From NCBI GenBank assembly GCA_964234715.1, contig OZ174281.1: a stretch of DNA of 64,000 bases; one strand, written 5' to 3'. Position numbers and translations under genes: made by a program. Shown piece after piece: positions 50,713 to 63,780 of this stretch (positions are counted from its first letter, which is position 1; each line of letters opens with the position of its first letter). This DNA comes from Podarcis melisellensis (taxonomy: Eukaryota). Below the pieces are notes generated by a model. That model saw only the letters and a list, made by a program, of their open reading frames with translations. It was not told the origin of the DNA and did not search any database.

Positions 50713-51037
50713 CTGTATCACAGAAATAGATGTTTGTAAACTTTTTCTAAAGAAAGAAACAATCCATGGCCAGCATCAAAGTTTTGCAATGGGCATGTGG
50801 TTTGTTTGAAGAATCCAAATTTGGACATTACAGCAAAACAAACTGTGGTTTGTATCCTGATGGTGAAGAAGCAGGAGTGGAGGAGGAGCAGAGTAGGAAC
50901 TTCTCAGTATCGTGCTGCATGTTCATAAGCCATTACATGTTTTTACTATGGCTAAATGTCGACATGAGAAGCAGGCCAATGATTCTCTTGCACAAGATCC
51001 TGCTCCCTTATGTAGGGGGTAGGAGGCAGAAGTCCAC

Positions 51038-51041
<4 letters not shown>

Positions 51042-51082
<41 letters not shown>
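51042..51082. repeat. (TC)20 microsatellite
   Basis: Direct reading. Confidence 0.95.
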
Positions 51083-51084
<2 letters not shown>

Positions 51085-54000
51085 ACTTCCTTATGTGACT
51101 TGACATCTAAGGTTGTGGGTTGTATGTTAGTACAGAAAACTGGATCATATCCACAAAGGAATAGCCTTAGACTTCACAAAGAGTCAAGAACAAGGGTGAT
51201 TTAAAAAAAGAACAAGGATGATCAAATGTAACAATCAGAAGGCAGAGAAGTAATGCAAGTATTTCAATGTAATTAGATAGTGCGGTCCATAGGGACTGCA
51301 GCCCATAAAGGACTAATGTTGAATTACACAATAACTTTAAGTCACACAATAACTTTATGTCTCCCAGAGGGTATCTGAGCTACATGAAGACTTTCTGCTA
51401 ATAGTTGCTGTAGAAACTGTGGAAGATCTAACAGAATTATAATTTCTTGGGTGTCTGTGTGGCGGTGGCCTATTTATAATTACTGCTGAGTCTATTTAAC
51501 ATGCTACTTGTCCTGGGAGCTTCTTTGGAAAAAGCACCACCAAAGCACCTGACAGAATTAAGGAGGGGAGGCTCTGCATGTTTGAAGCTAGCCTTGCTGC
51601 CTCACTTGACCAATAATTGAGGTCATCCTTGCAACTTTCTCTTTGCTTTAAAAGGGGGGTTATCAAATCAGTGTAGCTGGCCAGCGATGTGATACTGCAC
51701 AAAGAAGAACTGGTATTCAGCCAAACAAGTAGTTACAGCATATGCTCTAGTATTTGGTATAAATTTAGTATGCCCTGGTTACTGACACACACAGTGGAAA
51801 AAATATGTACAGCTTGAGGATAAGTGGGTATGCTTTACTGAATTTATTCCTTGCCCTACATGCACTTATGGAATGGCACACTGCTCACTTCTGCTTGTGG
51901 CATTTCAGTAGCTGATTGATGTGCGCTAATCGAATAGGGATGTTAGTATACAGGATCCAGATAGTCTATCCTACTTCACCGAGGCAGGATTCATTAAGTT
52001 ACACCTACAGGATATTTATCTTTTTGCCTCTGCTCAAAAAACCTGCCACAAAATATGTGAGGCATGAATCTTTTAATGTTCCTCAATAGAAAACATTGTA
52101 ATGGTAGTTAAGGAATAGGATTTCTCCATTTACACAAGAAAAGCTACTTGAAAAGAAGAGTTAAATGGTGCTCAAATAAGTGTTGAAGGAAAAATGCTGC
52201 AGTACTTTTCATTGGAATTATAATTTTAAAAGTCCATGATTCAGAAGGGAAGCAGCTTTGGCATTAAAACTAATGGTGGCAGTCATAATGCAGAAGGCAG
52301 TAGGTTCCACAAAAAATGAAGTTATTGTATTTTAATCTTTTGAAAGGTGCTATTTATTTTATTTCTAAAACTTATTTATTTCTTTTCTCTCAAAGAACAG
52401 ATAGGCAGTATACAACATAGCATCTTTAAAAATATGAAAAAATCTAAACACTAACAAAGACACCAGCTTCCATTCATCTGAGTGACGAAGAAACAGCTTA
52501 TCTAGAACTGAGCAATGAAGTGGCCTAGGAGGCACCTTTAGAGAAGCTGCTCTACAGAAATGGAACTGCCACTGAGAAAGCCCTAACCCTAGATCTGCCT
52601 TCTTTTCTTCCTCTCTCCGTTTCTTTCTTGTCAAGCGTAAGGTTGTAGACCAAACTATTCCAAGCACCATATCCATACCATCTGGTGAAACAAACTGAGA
52701 CTGAACTGAGCAAAAGCAGGATGATGAAGCACTGGGCACATCTGTTTCATATCCTGAATAACAGAGGCATCCAAGTCAGTTTGGATGTAGCCCCCCCCAA
52801 AAAAAAACAGCCTACCAATAAGTCAGAGAGCTATTATCACCACATCTACATCTTTCATGAGTTCAAGTTGTAAAAGCCTCTCAACCATTATAAACAGCTT
52901 GATTACACTCTGTGGATGCAATGGTGGCAACAGAATGATTTATTTGTGAAGTTTTGGCAACAGTATATGTGTTCAAATATGCTCTAAGCCATGTTCAACT
53001 GGATTTGGCTCTAATTTTCAGCCACAAACATACAGCCAAACTGTCTTTCCTGCAGCCTACAGTCATGCAAACTTTCATGAAACCAAGAAGAATAAACCAA
53101 AGAGAAGGGGGGAAAATGGTGCCTAAGAGCAATTTCGTCCACTGGTAGTTGTCATTGTTCTTGAAAAATTGCCTAAAATTGTACAAGCAGCAATTACAAA
53201 TAGTAATGAGAAAGCACCAGAGCCGAGCCAAAAATGCAACCCTACTTTGGTGACCTTATCTGCAAATTGCAATGTGGGGTGGAATTACATAGAGATTTCT
53301 CCAGGGAGTGGGCAGAATTCAACATATATGGAGATAAAAGACCTTGATGCAGTAGCCATCTCACATTTTTCTCTCTTAAAAAATAAATAAAAAGTAGCAG
53401 TTTTTCCTCTCAGCAACTGATATTCTCCTACTACGAACATTTTCCTGTTTCAAATGCCATTACATTGTTATGTAGCAGGCTCATTCCAGAAGCATCACTG
53501 AGGGGGGAAAGATGCATCTCCCAAAACATGTAGAATTCCCTTCCATTCACCCCTCAAATGACCACATTTCTTCCTTTCATCCTGCACTTTGAAGTAAAAG
53601 AACCTTGTACCAGAGCTAGTCTGGAAATGGGTTTCGTTGGCAAGATATGAAACTTCTGAACTCAATATAACTTTACTCTCTACCTAATGTGCTCCACGTT
53701 GCCCAACCATGGCTATATTTTGTTGTGTGTTATTCAAGTCTCAATGTTTATTTCTTTTTTAACAGGTTCCTCCTCAATGCCTAAGGAAAAAACAGCATAA
53801 GAGCATGCAGAATAGAAACAAGCTGAAGAGGCTCTCTCACCATCCAAAAATACATGCTCCCTACTTGCCCAGGTTAGGAGGAAGTGGTGGGATTTTTTAA
53901 ATTTGGGGAAGTGAATAAACTGTCCCCTTGATTCATGTGTTCACCTCCACCAGAATATCCAGGAAGCTACGATAGTTGCCACAAGGCCCCTGCTAATTGT

Positions 54001-54626
54001 GATCCCACAATTTGAGTGCAAACTCAATGGAACTATTAGACAAGAGGATCCATAATAGCTCCAAGGCCTCTCTGCGCCTCTGAAGGGCAAGTAGCTTCAT
54101 GGATCCAATGACACAATCTCCACTTGATGTTGACATGATGCAACTACAGCCTGGCATTGTATGGGGCTGAGCAACCTTGCGGCAGCAGAAGCCACTGCAT
54201 GAGGCTGGTGGGCAGAAAGAGCTTAAGATGTCACAAGGCAAATGGACTCATTAGAAGACGCACTTTGGGAAAAGAAGGAAAGGGCAGAGGGAGGGAACAG
54301 CAGTCTCCTCCTCACACTGCTCTTCACCATAGTCCCCATTTATTATTTACATTTGTTAATCATCTTTTAACTCAGGCCACCATGTGATACACAAACGTAC
54401 TACACACTTGTATTACTTCCTGTCATTCTCCAAAGAAGGAACCCCAGAATATGTAGCAAGAGGAATGTGAATTTTTTCAGCAAAATCCAATTGTGCAACT
54501 GGGTTGATCATCAGGTTCTACACATGAAGAGGAAAACATCTTCAACAAGTCTATGAAGGAACTGTGGGCTTTCACAGGTACTAAATGGAACTGGGAACTT
54601 AGTATTTTTAGCTTCCAACCATGACC

Positions 54627-54688
54627 TAGAATCATAGAGTTGGAAGGGATCCTAGTTCATCTAGTCTAACCCCCTGCAGTGCAGGAAT
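54627..54688 (-). mobile_element. 3' tail of a Squam2-like SINE or CR1
   Basis: tagaatcatagagttggaagggatcctagttcatctagtctaaccccctgcagtgcaggaat matches the tails of the copies at 34886 and 50084. Confidence 0.7.
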
Positions 54689-54754
54689 TTAGATCGAGTT
54701 GTTAAATTTGTTCTTGGATTGTACCACTTTGGGCAAATCCTTCTTTCTGACACA

Positions 54755-55129
54755 TTGGTGCTGACCTTTAAAGCCGTAAACAGCCTCGACCTTGCATACC
54801 TGAAGGAGCATCTCCACCCCCATCATTCTGCCCAGACACTGAGGTCCAGCGGCTTCTGGTGGTTCCCTCACTGTGAGAGGCCAAGTTACAGGGAACCAGG
54901 CAGAGGGCCTTCTCAGTAGTGGCACCCGCCCTGTGGAATGCCCTCCCACCAGATGTCAAAGAGAAAAACAACTACCAGACTTTTAGAAGACATCTGAAGG
55001 CAGCCCTGTTTAGGGAAGCTTTTAATATCTGAAGGACTACTGCATTTTAATATTTTGTTGGAAGCCACCCAGAGTGGATGGGGAAGCCCAGCCAGAAAGG
55101 CAGGGTATAAATACATCATCATCATTATT
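54755..55129 (+). mobile_element. 5'-truncated L2 LINE (ORF2 end, 3'UTR and (CAT/TAT)n tail)
   Basis: LVLTFKAVNSLDLAYLKEHLHPHHSAQTLRSS, then RQRAFSVVAPALWNALP...FRRHLKAALF in another frame; these are L2 C-terminal motifs. Confidence 0.9.
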
Positions 55130-58100
55130 GTTTAGTTTGCTTTGTGGGGAGATTAATTTTATTTCTATATGGAGCAATATCCTATTATGTGAGCCTACAC
55201 ATGGAGTCTGAAGTCACACAGTTCAGACACAGATTTTTCAGCTTAACTGCTTGATTGCGTAAAATTGGGTAAATTGGTCTTTCAGTTTTGGTTTGTTATT
55301 TGGGCTATGTATTTCAACATGTATTTCAATTCAGAATATCCATTTCTGTGAGAACTAGGCCCAAATCTGAAGACTCTGCTGTACTGTTAACTAACAATAT
55401 GGCTTGTTCAGCATAACTATCACAACAAGCAATACATTAGCTGCAGCATAAGAATTTCAAAATTTATAATGAATATATCCACAGCACTTTATATGCACTG
55501 AAGACACAGAATTGTCCACTTAAATTTACTTCTGCTGCCAGAAGTCCCAAAAAAATATTGTATTATACAACACTCTCATTCTTTTAGAAGTAATTAACTA
55601 AGGCATAGTTTGTATAGCAATTAAAAAACCACTTGCTTGCAGATGCTTGTAAGCATTATGTATCTTTTCCTTACTGAAAGTNNNNNNNNNNNNNNNNNNN
55701 NNNNNNNNNNNNNNNNNNNNNNNNNNNNNNNNNNNNNNNNNNNNNNNNNNNNNNNNNNNNNNNNNNNNNNNNNNNNNNNNNNNNNNNNNNNNNNNNNNNN
55801 NNNNNNNNNNNNNNNNNNNNNNNNNNNNNNNNNNNNNNNNNNNNNNNNNNNNNNNNNNNNNNNNNNNNNNNNNNNNNNNNNNNNNNNNNNNNNNNNNNNN
55901 NNNNNNNNNNNNNNNNNNNNNNNNNNNNNNNNNNNNNNNNNNNNNNNNNNNNNNNNNNNNNNNNNNNNNNNNNNNNNNNNNNNNNNNNNNNNNNNNNNNN
56001 NNNNNNNNNNNNNNNNNNNNNNNNNNNNNNNNNNNNNGCCTAAATCTGAGGATCCCTCAAGCAGCTATATGGACTTCTACTTTTAAAATGCCTATTACGC
56101 TTTCATACTTTTTGCTGCTTCCTGAAGAGTGCCATTTCGCCAAGCTTAAATAGCAGAAAATTGCACTGCTTTTCCTCTGCCCATCTCCTCAATCTCTATT
56201 AACCTGCACAAGAACAAAGGAATATGATGGTCCAGCTATAGGTTTGGAAATAGGTTTGAAGTTGTTTTTCATTTACTGGTAGCCATCTTTCTGATTCATA
56301 AATGTAGTTTAACAATAATTTCATTTTAATGTATTAGGAAATGATTGACAATGCAGAATTTTTAATCTTGATGTATGGACGTACACATGACATACAAAGA
56401 TTCATGCACACTTTTCAAATATATGAATTCATGTTTACATAAGCTTTGGGTGAAGACAGATCACTCACATAATTTGTTATATCTTAATTAAAGGTATAAA
56501 TATAAAATTATGCAAATAGGAATTTACTCTCTTTAGGCTGTATAAGAACAATAGGATACAACAACAACAACAAAAGGAAAATACTGAAACACCTGGTTTT
56601 AATGCATGCAGTAGACCTTTATTAGATGTCATAAACTAAATGATGCATTACTCTGTGGGCCACTTACAATCTATGAATCTTGAGGTAAAACGGAGGACAA
56701 AGAGTTCTTTTGAAACAATAAGGTTAAATGTTCTTTCAAATCAAGCCATATTTTATTGAATGCTGAATACCTAACAGTGAGATCTGAGACTATTTCACTT
56801 TAATGTTCTAATGCATTCCGATATTACCTTTAAGAATAAAGAGTATTTTACTGAAACACATTATATTGTGTATAAGAACCATGTAGATACAACCTATCAT
56901 CCATTCCAATTGTGTTACTAAACAAAGAGGAAACCATTTTAAAATTCCTATGGCTGATAAAAATTTGACAGCTCAATGTCCTTTCTAAGCAATTAAATTA
57001 AAATTTATATGGGTTGTCATACATACTTGCACACACAAAGGTAATTTTGTCCATTTTAAAATGTTTTTTTCTTTTTTAAAAAAAGAGGAGAAGATCTGCT
57101 TTGTATTTAAAAAGATAAAAGAATGTTTTTGAAAATGACAATTGCTGGCTAGCCATCGATTCCTAGCTTTAATCTCATAGCCTACTCAAATTTCCCATTA
57201 TGTCTCACTGAGGCTTAGACGGATAGAAAGGCCGAACTATGGCCTTCAACAAAAATGGAGGGGGGGCTGTGGGGTGTTGTAGCATTAAGACACACAGCTG
57301 TTGCTCACAAACTGCAAACACTGGAATAACTCGCTGCATGTTTTGCCTACTTTGCTGCTAATAAAGTGTTTTGCATGCTTTCTATAAACACTACTCTTAA
57401 GTTTTATAATCTAGTACATNNNNNNNNNNNNNNNNNNNNNNNNNNNNNNNNNNNNNNNNNNNNNNNNNNNNNNNNNNNNNNNNNNNNNNNNNNNNNNNNN
57501 NNNNNNNNNNNNNNNNNNNNNNNNNNNNNNNNNNNNNNNNNNNNNNNNNNNNNNNNNNNNNNNNNNNNNNNNNNNNNNNNNNNNNNNNNNNNNNNNNNNN
57601 NNNNNNNNNNNNNNNNNNNNNNNTGCCACAGGCAGNNNNNNNNNNNNNNNNNNNNNNNNNNNNNNNNNNNNNNNNNNNNNNNNNNNNNNNNNNNNNNNNN
57701 NNNNNNNNNNNNNNNNNNNNNNNNNNNNNNNNNNNNNNNNNNNNNNNNNNNNNNNNNNNNNNNNNNNNNNNNNNNNNNNNNNNNNNNNNNNNNNNNNNNN
57801 NNNNNNNNNNNNNNNNNNNNNNNNNNNNNNNTTCAGGGTATACATAAATTGTCTGTTTTCTTTTATCAAACTGGGCATTTATTTCCATCTTGCAAGGGTG
57901 AATGTCATCCCTGCCACCCTCAGCCCTTAGTGGCCTGACACCATCATTTGCCGAGGATCGTCGTTGGTGCTGATTTCCTAATTGTGCTACTATTTTGAAG
58001 CAGAAATTTCTACTCCATGCTCCTCCTCCTATCTAATTCCACCCCCTCCAGGAATCTCTAATGTCAAGGACAAAGCTGTAATAGCGTTACAAAGAATGAC

Positions 58101-60792
58101 CCCCACCTCTAAAGTACACTGATCTTTCTTTTTCAATGGCAATACATTAAACAAAGAATTTCATCCCTTGAAGTGATTAAATGAATGCTGAACAAATCTA
58201 TGTGAACCACTACCTAACATATGCAGCAAACACGTTTCTAGAAAGCGTTCTCTCCAAGGTATATTTACCTATTCAGAAGATGCCTTTTAAAATCTCTTCT
58301 GTAGTCAATATTTCTTTCTTTGACAGACAGAAAAACCATCAAAACGTCACAGAAAAGCACAGTGAATAATAGAAATTTAACATTTGTGAAAGATGTAGTA
58401 TCCTCAGTTTGCATGAACAAATCAGCTTGTATGAGCTATAGAACTGCTTCCACAGTGAATGTTAATGATGTTTTTGCTTCATATTTCCTTATTCAAAATT
58501 CTGATCAATATCAATGGGTCTGACTCCAGTCCCCACCCCCAACCTGGGTCAACCAGCACTACAGTCTTTTATTTCTCTTGAAGGCTTGGCAAAAATCCTT
58601 AATTCAGGTTACTAGGCAACCCTGCAGGTGAGAAAATATAATGTTTGGCCTACTCCATCTTAGAAAAAAACATTGCGGCCTAATGCTTTCAAAATAGACT
58701 CAGCAAAGCATGCACTGATAATTCTCTGCAACATTTTCTAAAGCTGAGGTCAGGAGAAAATTAATTGATGCTGAAAATAATGACAGAAGGAGAGGCACCA
58801 CTGAGACCTGGTGTGACTGGCATGTGATAATGTTAGCAAGAATCCCAGCATGTGACTGGACAGTGTTGTGAAAAATATACTTTATGTGAAGGAAAAACAA
58901 GTTACAAAACGTAATTAGTTTTTGACACTTTTTCATATGTTATTATCTTTTCATTTGGAACATTGCCTTGGGACATCAATACATAAGTATAAATGAAACA
59001 TTATTATTGTAAATCTGAAATGGGAAAAGAGATGGCTTTACACTGCACGTCTTCCTTTTACATGTCCTTCTGAATAAACAAAATACCCTCTACAGCCTAA
59101 GGTATACAAGTCACAGAAGACATATCTGCTGGAAGGACAAGGAGATATTTCTTCAATATAATAATCCTGTTGCACATGATTATGCAGTTTTATTCTCAAA
59201 ATAAGGGGTTTTGAAAGAAAAGTGGTCTAAAAAGCTATAGGATAATATGCAATTAAATTGTAACACCCAAAGCAATAATGCTTCCCATACAGCAAATGTA
59301 TTTTTAATTTTTTTCCCCAGTGGGGTTTATACCTTGAAGTAATTCACACTGATTACTAAATAACCCTTGTGAGTTGCTTTGTCTTTCGAATTTTAAAAAA
59401 ATACACTTGCCGTGAGCAATGAATTTNNNNNNNNNNNNNNNNNNNNNNNNNNNNNNNNNNNNNNNNNNNNNNNNNNNNNNNNNNNNNNNNNNNNNNNNNN
59501 NNNNNNNNNNNNNNNNNNNNNNNNNNNNNNNNNNNNNNNNNNNNNNNNNNNNNNNNNNNNNNNNNNNNNNNNNNNNNNNNNNNNNNNNNNNNNNNNNNNN
59601 NNNTCAAACAGGAGCAATCCGAATACCATAGTTTTTAATTTACATACATTAGTGAGGTTCAAATGTAGCAATAGCTACAAGCAAGTTCTCTTGCAAACTG
59701 AATGCTCGCCTTGCATAATGGGTTCCCTTTAGCAATTATTCACCAGTGAAGTAACCGGATAAAAATGAAAACAAAGAGGGCAGAAAAAGAAAATCATGAT
59801 AAAAATGCCATCATCTGGACTAGGATAATTACTGAAACACAGTGAAGGTCATGTTTATATTAGTTTTAGTAATTTCTTGTAAGATTTCTCTGTATTGAAT
59901 CCCTAATGACATTTCCATCTATGCTTTGCTACTGTATTATTTTTCTTCTATAATGTATTAAGTGTTGCAGCACAGGTTACCCTATTTTAAAACAGCTGGC
60001 AGGATAACACAAATATTTTTTATTGACATCAGTTAGAAAAACTGAAATTTCGAAGTTTCTGCTAAATACGTCATTATCAAAATATTATTGGACTAGCCTG
60101 AACACTTAGCAAAGCCAATAGGCTTATAATAAAATACCTCTTAGAGCTGCATCCCTTTTTTTACTGACCACAATATTGAGTCTCAATTCCCAGCAGCATC
60201 ATTACTAGACATTTTCTGCCACCTTTCTAAATCTGAAAAGCTTCCTACATTTAGTGAAGATTAGGTAATGCTACAAGCGATCAATAATGGCTATCAATTC
60301 CATACCTTGTTCAGAAGAACAGGTTGATTAAAAGTAAGCAAAATACATGGTTGAATATGTTTTAGACCTAGATGAGCTTCCAAACTGATCCATGGTAAGA
60401 AAGAAAAAATATTCGAAGAAATTAATAATAATAATAATAATAATAATCACTGGGGGGGAATGAGAAAATGCTTAGTTAAGATTGACACTCCTTCCTTGGA
60501 GCAGGAGTAGAGAGAGAAGGCACAAATGAAGAATGATGTATCAGCTACAACTGTGATTTTTCAGGTACTTCTTTAGTTTCTGGCACATCCTTACTGTGTG
60601 TTACAAGCAGTACTTAGGAACTGTTTTCTTGGTGTCCTTTAATAATGCCATTTTAAAATGCTTTTATGAAGAATTGGAAAAGGTCTCTTATTAACCATAA
60701 AAGGGTCTATTATTGACTACATGTTGGGAAAGGCACCCATCATATCTCTACTAGCAAAAAATGGTCAACAATGAAATTGAGATTTGAAAATA

Positions 60793-61010
60793 CAGTCGTA
60801 CCTCCGCTTAGGTATCCCTCAGTTTATGTAAACTTTGGGATACATAAGCGGCAAACCCGGAAGTATATTTCCGGGTTTTTGCCGCGCGCATGTGCAGAAG
60901 TGCTCTACCGCGACATGTGCGTGTGCAGAAGCGGTCCCTCCAGTTGCGGAAACCTCAGGATCCAACCGGAGCTCCGGAACAGATCCCATCCGCAACCAGA
61001 GGCACCACTG
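60793..61010. mobile_element. Tc1/mariner (pogo/Tigger-like) MITE, 218 bp
   Basis: TA at 60791-60792 and 61011-61012; imperfect TIRs cagtcgtacctccgctt and aaccagaggcaccactg; internal hairpin gcggcaaacccggaagtatatttccgggtttttgccgc. Shares ctccggaac and aaaccc.gaagt with 20306-20546. Confidence 0.85.
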
Positions 61011-63419
61011 TACTGCTTACATTTCCCTCCAGACACACATAAAATGAATTTATGTGTACATATCAAAATTGGGTAACATATTTGCAAATTACATTGGAAA
61101 ACAATGGGCTAAAAATTTGAATCCAAAGCTGGGAGCATATAATAGTGATGTTTTGAACTTGGTTCTGCAAAATTAATACAGGCAAGTTTTTAATTCTCAT
61201 ATGAGAATAGAACCCCTGCAAACAGATTCATCAATAGATTGAGCTGGTTTATATGTAACACCAAACTATGGTTTAGCGCTACATGGGTGAGCCTCAAGCT
61301 CATGCATTCCCCTTCTTCTCTAGCAATGAGATCCTGCAAGTTTTTGAATCTGTTTTCTATTAACTGTCGCTGAGCCTGGAACTATAGTTAAGCTCAGCTA
61401 TGGTTTAGGGAAAACAAGTTTGTTTCTTTAAGTCAGGGATGGGAATTTCCCAAGGCAAAATCCACAGATTTTATCATGCCTTCTGGGTCTCTGCCTGGCT
61501 ATCAGCGGTGCAGCCAGGAGAGGAAAAGCTCTGGTGTTGTATACAGTAACCAATTCCCTATTTTTTCATTTGCAACAAGGTGAATGCAAGATGAGGGGGA
61601 AATGTATCAGCAGCCTTGCTGACCCTGCCTTAAACCATAGTTAACTACAGCTTGCTTGGGTATAGACATAACCAGAAATTTCTGAATTTCTGTTCATTGC
61701 TGCACCAGTGGAGGAAGGGGGGATTGTGAGCTTCAGCTTCATCCTCATAATGCTAAACCACAGCTTCATGTTACATTGAAATGAGGCCATTATCTCCAAC
61801 ATGTTCACCAGTCTCTTAATAGGGTGTAGTTTGTTTCCATGGATTTTGTTACCTATGTTCATAGGGTATAGAGCTGGACCAAATTTATGCACTGTTTTTC
61901 ACAAATAGTGTTGATTACTTTCTGCATAATCAATGTGTCAGCCACATGCATAAACATGACAAGCTCTGGGCTGTGTTATATGTGTGTCTTAGAGGCTATG
62001 CAATACACAATTGCCCTGCACTTACTGGAAGTTTAATCTTTTAAGAGGTTACATATCTTTTAAGGATACAGATAGACTGGATATAAACAATGAACACTCC
62101 CAAATACATAACTGTCAAAGTCATAAATCTATCATCAGTTAATCCTCAATTGTGCAAAAAAACAAACCAACCCACAACCCTTTATCATCCAATACTACTA
62201 AGCGATATTTGTTTGATATTACAAATTCTAGTGTCACAGAGACCACTTTATCTTGCTGTGCAAACTACATCACAAGCCATAGTATGAGTATTGTGCAGCA
62301 TGAAAGGCTTGAGCTAGGCATGTCTGAAACACTGTTGTCTTATATTCTAATTTCTCACGAAATTGTGCAATACTGATCACAGATATCACAGACCCGAATT
62401 AATTGGTGGAATGTGTGTTTACGGATAATATTTAGCCATTTTTGAATCTTCAGTTTTGTTTTCCATCTCAAGCTTTAATTTGTAATTGATATTTTGGCCA
62501 GACACTCTCCTTTTCTTGGGCCCTGTAGCACCACTAGCTGTTTCTCTGAGCACTGGTATGACCATTCTCAATGGTATTAACTCTGGGATGACTAACATAT
62601 GTAGGGTAGTTTTCTACTAGCTGTTGAACTCATACCAAACCTAAAGAAGCAACGGAAAACTGCCCAGAACACCACCTCATCCTTTAAGGAAGATAAAAAT
62701 TGCCTTCAGCATTTCAAATAACACATTTTCAATTATGTTTTTTAAAACCTGGGAAAAATATTGCATAGGCTTAGAATCCTACAGTCCAGAAACAGCCGTG
62801 GTCAAATTTCTTTACTTTCATATTTTTCAACCCCACATAAAGCAGTTACTATGAAAATAATTTCTAAAGCTCTATTCTTTATTGTTTTTCTATGCAACTA
62901 AAAGAAGAACTACAAACTAGGCAGGAGAGAACATCCCACCCCTGGAAAAATAATGTTGAAATACAGCTTATTAACACACTTTCTTTTCTATGTGATCGCA
63001 TCAGCATAGCATTATAATTAGACTGGTAATATTCAGTTGACATTGAAACACTGTGGTGTTTACAACTTACAGTTCTGATGCTAGTCCAGCTTCAGCAAAA
63101 GAGATTGTTGTTCTGAGGGATGAGGCAAATTATTTGAAGCAGCATCTACCAAGGTCCTAGGAAATTCCTATTTAATTAAAATTGCAGGGGATCAAGTGCT
63201 CCAAAGAGAATGCCTATTTATTTCTATTTTATCTATGGCTGGTACAAAAAAAGGGATATGCTTTGTTGCTGCCTCATCCACTCCCCCGTCTCTCAGACCA
63301 TTATTCATTATTGTGAGATCACCTGAATGAGAACCTAAAATAGCCCTTGAAGGTGTGAGAGATACAACTCTTAACTTTCCTGATTATCCTAGGTTTAGGG
63401 GAGGAAAGAACCTGACAAA

Positions 63420-63780
63420 TAATCCCACTGTCATTGTGTGGTCATTACAGTGTCGCACGAGTCTGGACAAGTTATTAGGTCAGACGCTAACTTCCTAAGT
63501 AGAAAAATGATGTGGTCGTCTTTGTCCTTTCTGCAGTAATGGCTGGAGTCAGTACTAATTAAGGGCCTGCGGCAGTGTGGTGCGAGAGAGGTCAGAGACT
63601 TCTTTCTGACACCTAAACAGTGCTCAGCTCAAACGAAGTGCCCCTAATCTGAAATGATGTGGTGTAGAGCTGGCCTTTCAGCTCCACTGTATATTTAAAG
63701 GAAAATGACAGTTAATGACAGGGGTGTCAAAAAGAGCAGATGGAGAGGCTGAGGAAAACATAGCTTTATGGTAAAAAAAA
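63420..63780. promoter_or_regulatory. Candidate intronic enhancer with phased TALE (Meis/TGIF) sites
   Basis: TGACAG 63706-63711 and 63716-63721, TGTCA 63725-63729, CAGATG 63737-63742, TTTATGG 63765-63771, TAATTA 63556-63561. Several CpGs retained. Confidence 0.45.

Larger units (their letters stand above)
14884..59603. other. Nine assembly gaps (N-runs) scattered across this span
   Basis: 14884-15167, 24903-25146, 25949-26080, 40182-40425, 43312-43499, 55682-56037, 57420-57623, 57636-57831, 59427-59603. Confidence 0.99.

Noticed and set aside
50960-51012. cacaagatcctgctccc as ZFHX4 exon 5
   Set aside because: Only GA..C resembles the expected peptide, and no suitable splice sites flank it at the right distance.
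56113-56156. CUGAAGA...AAGCUUA hammerhead-like string
   Set aside because: The GAAA box is absent and stem II is negligible.
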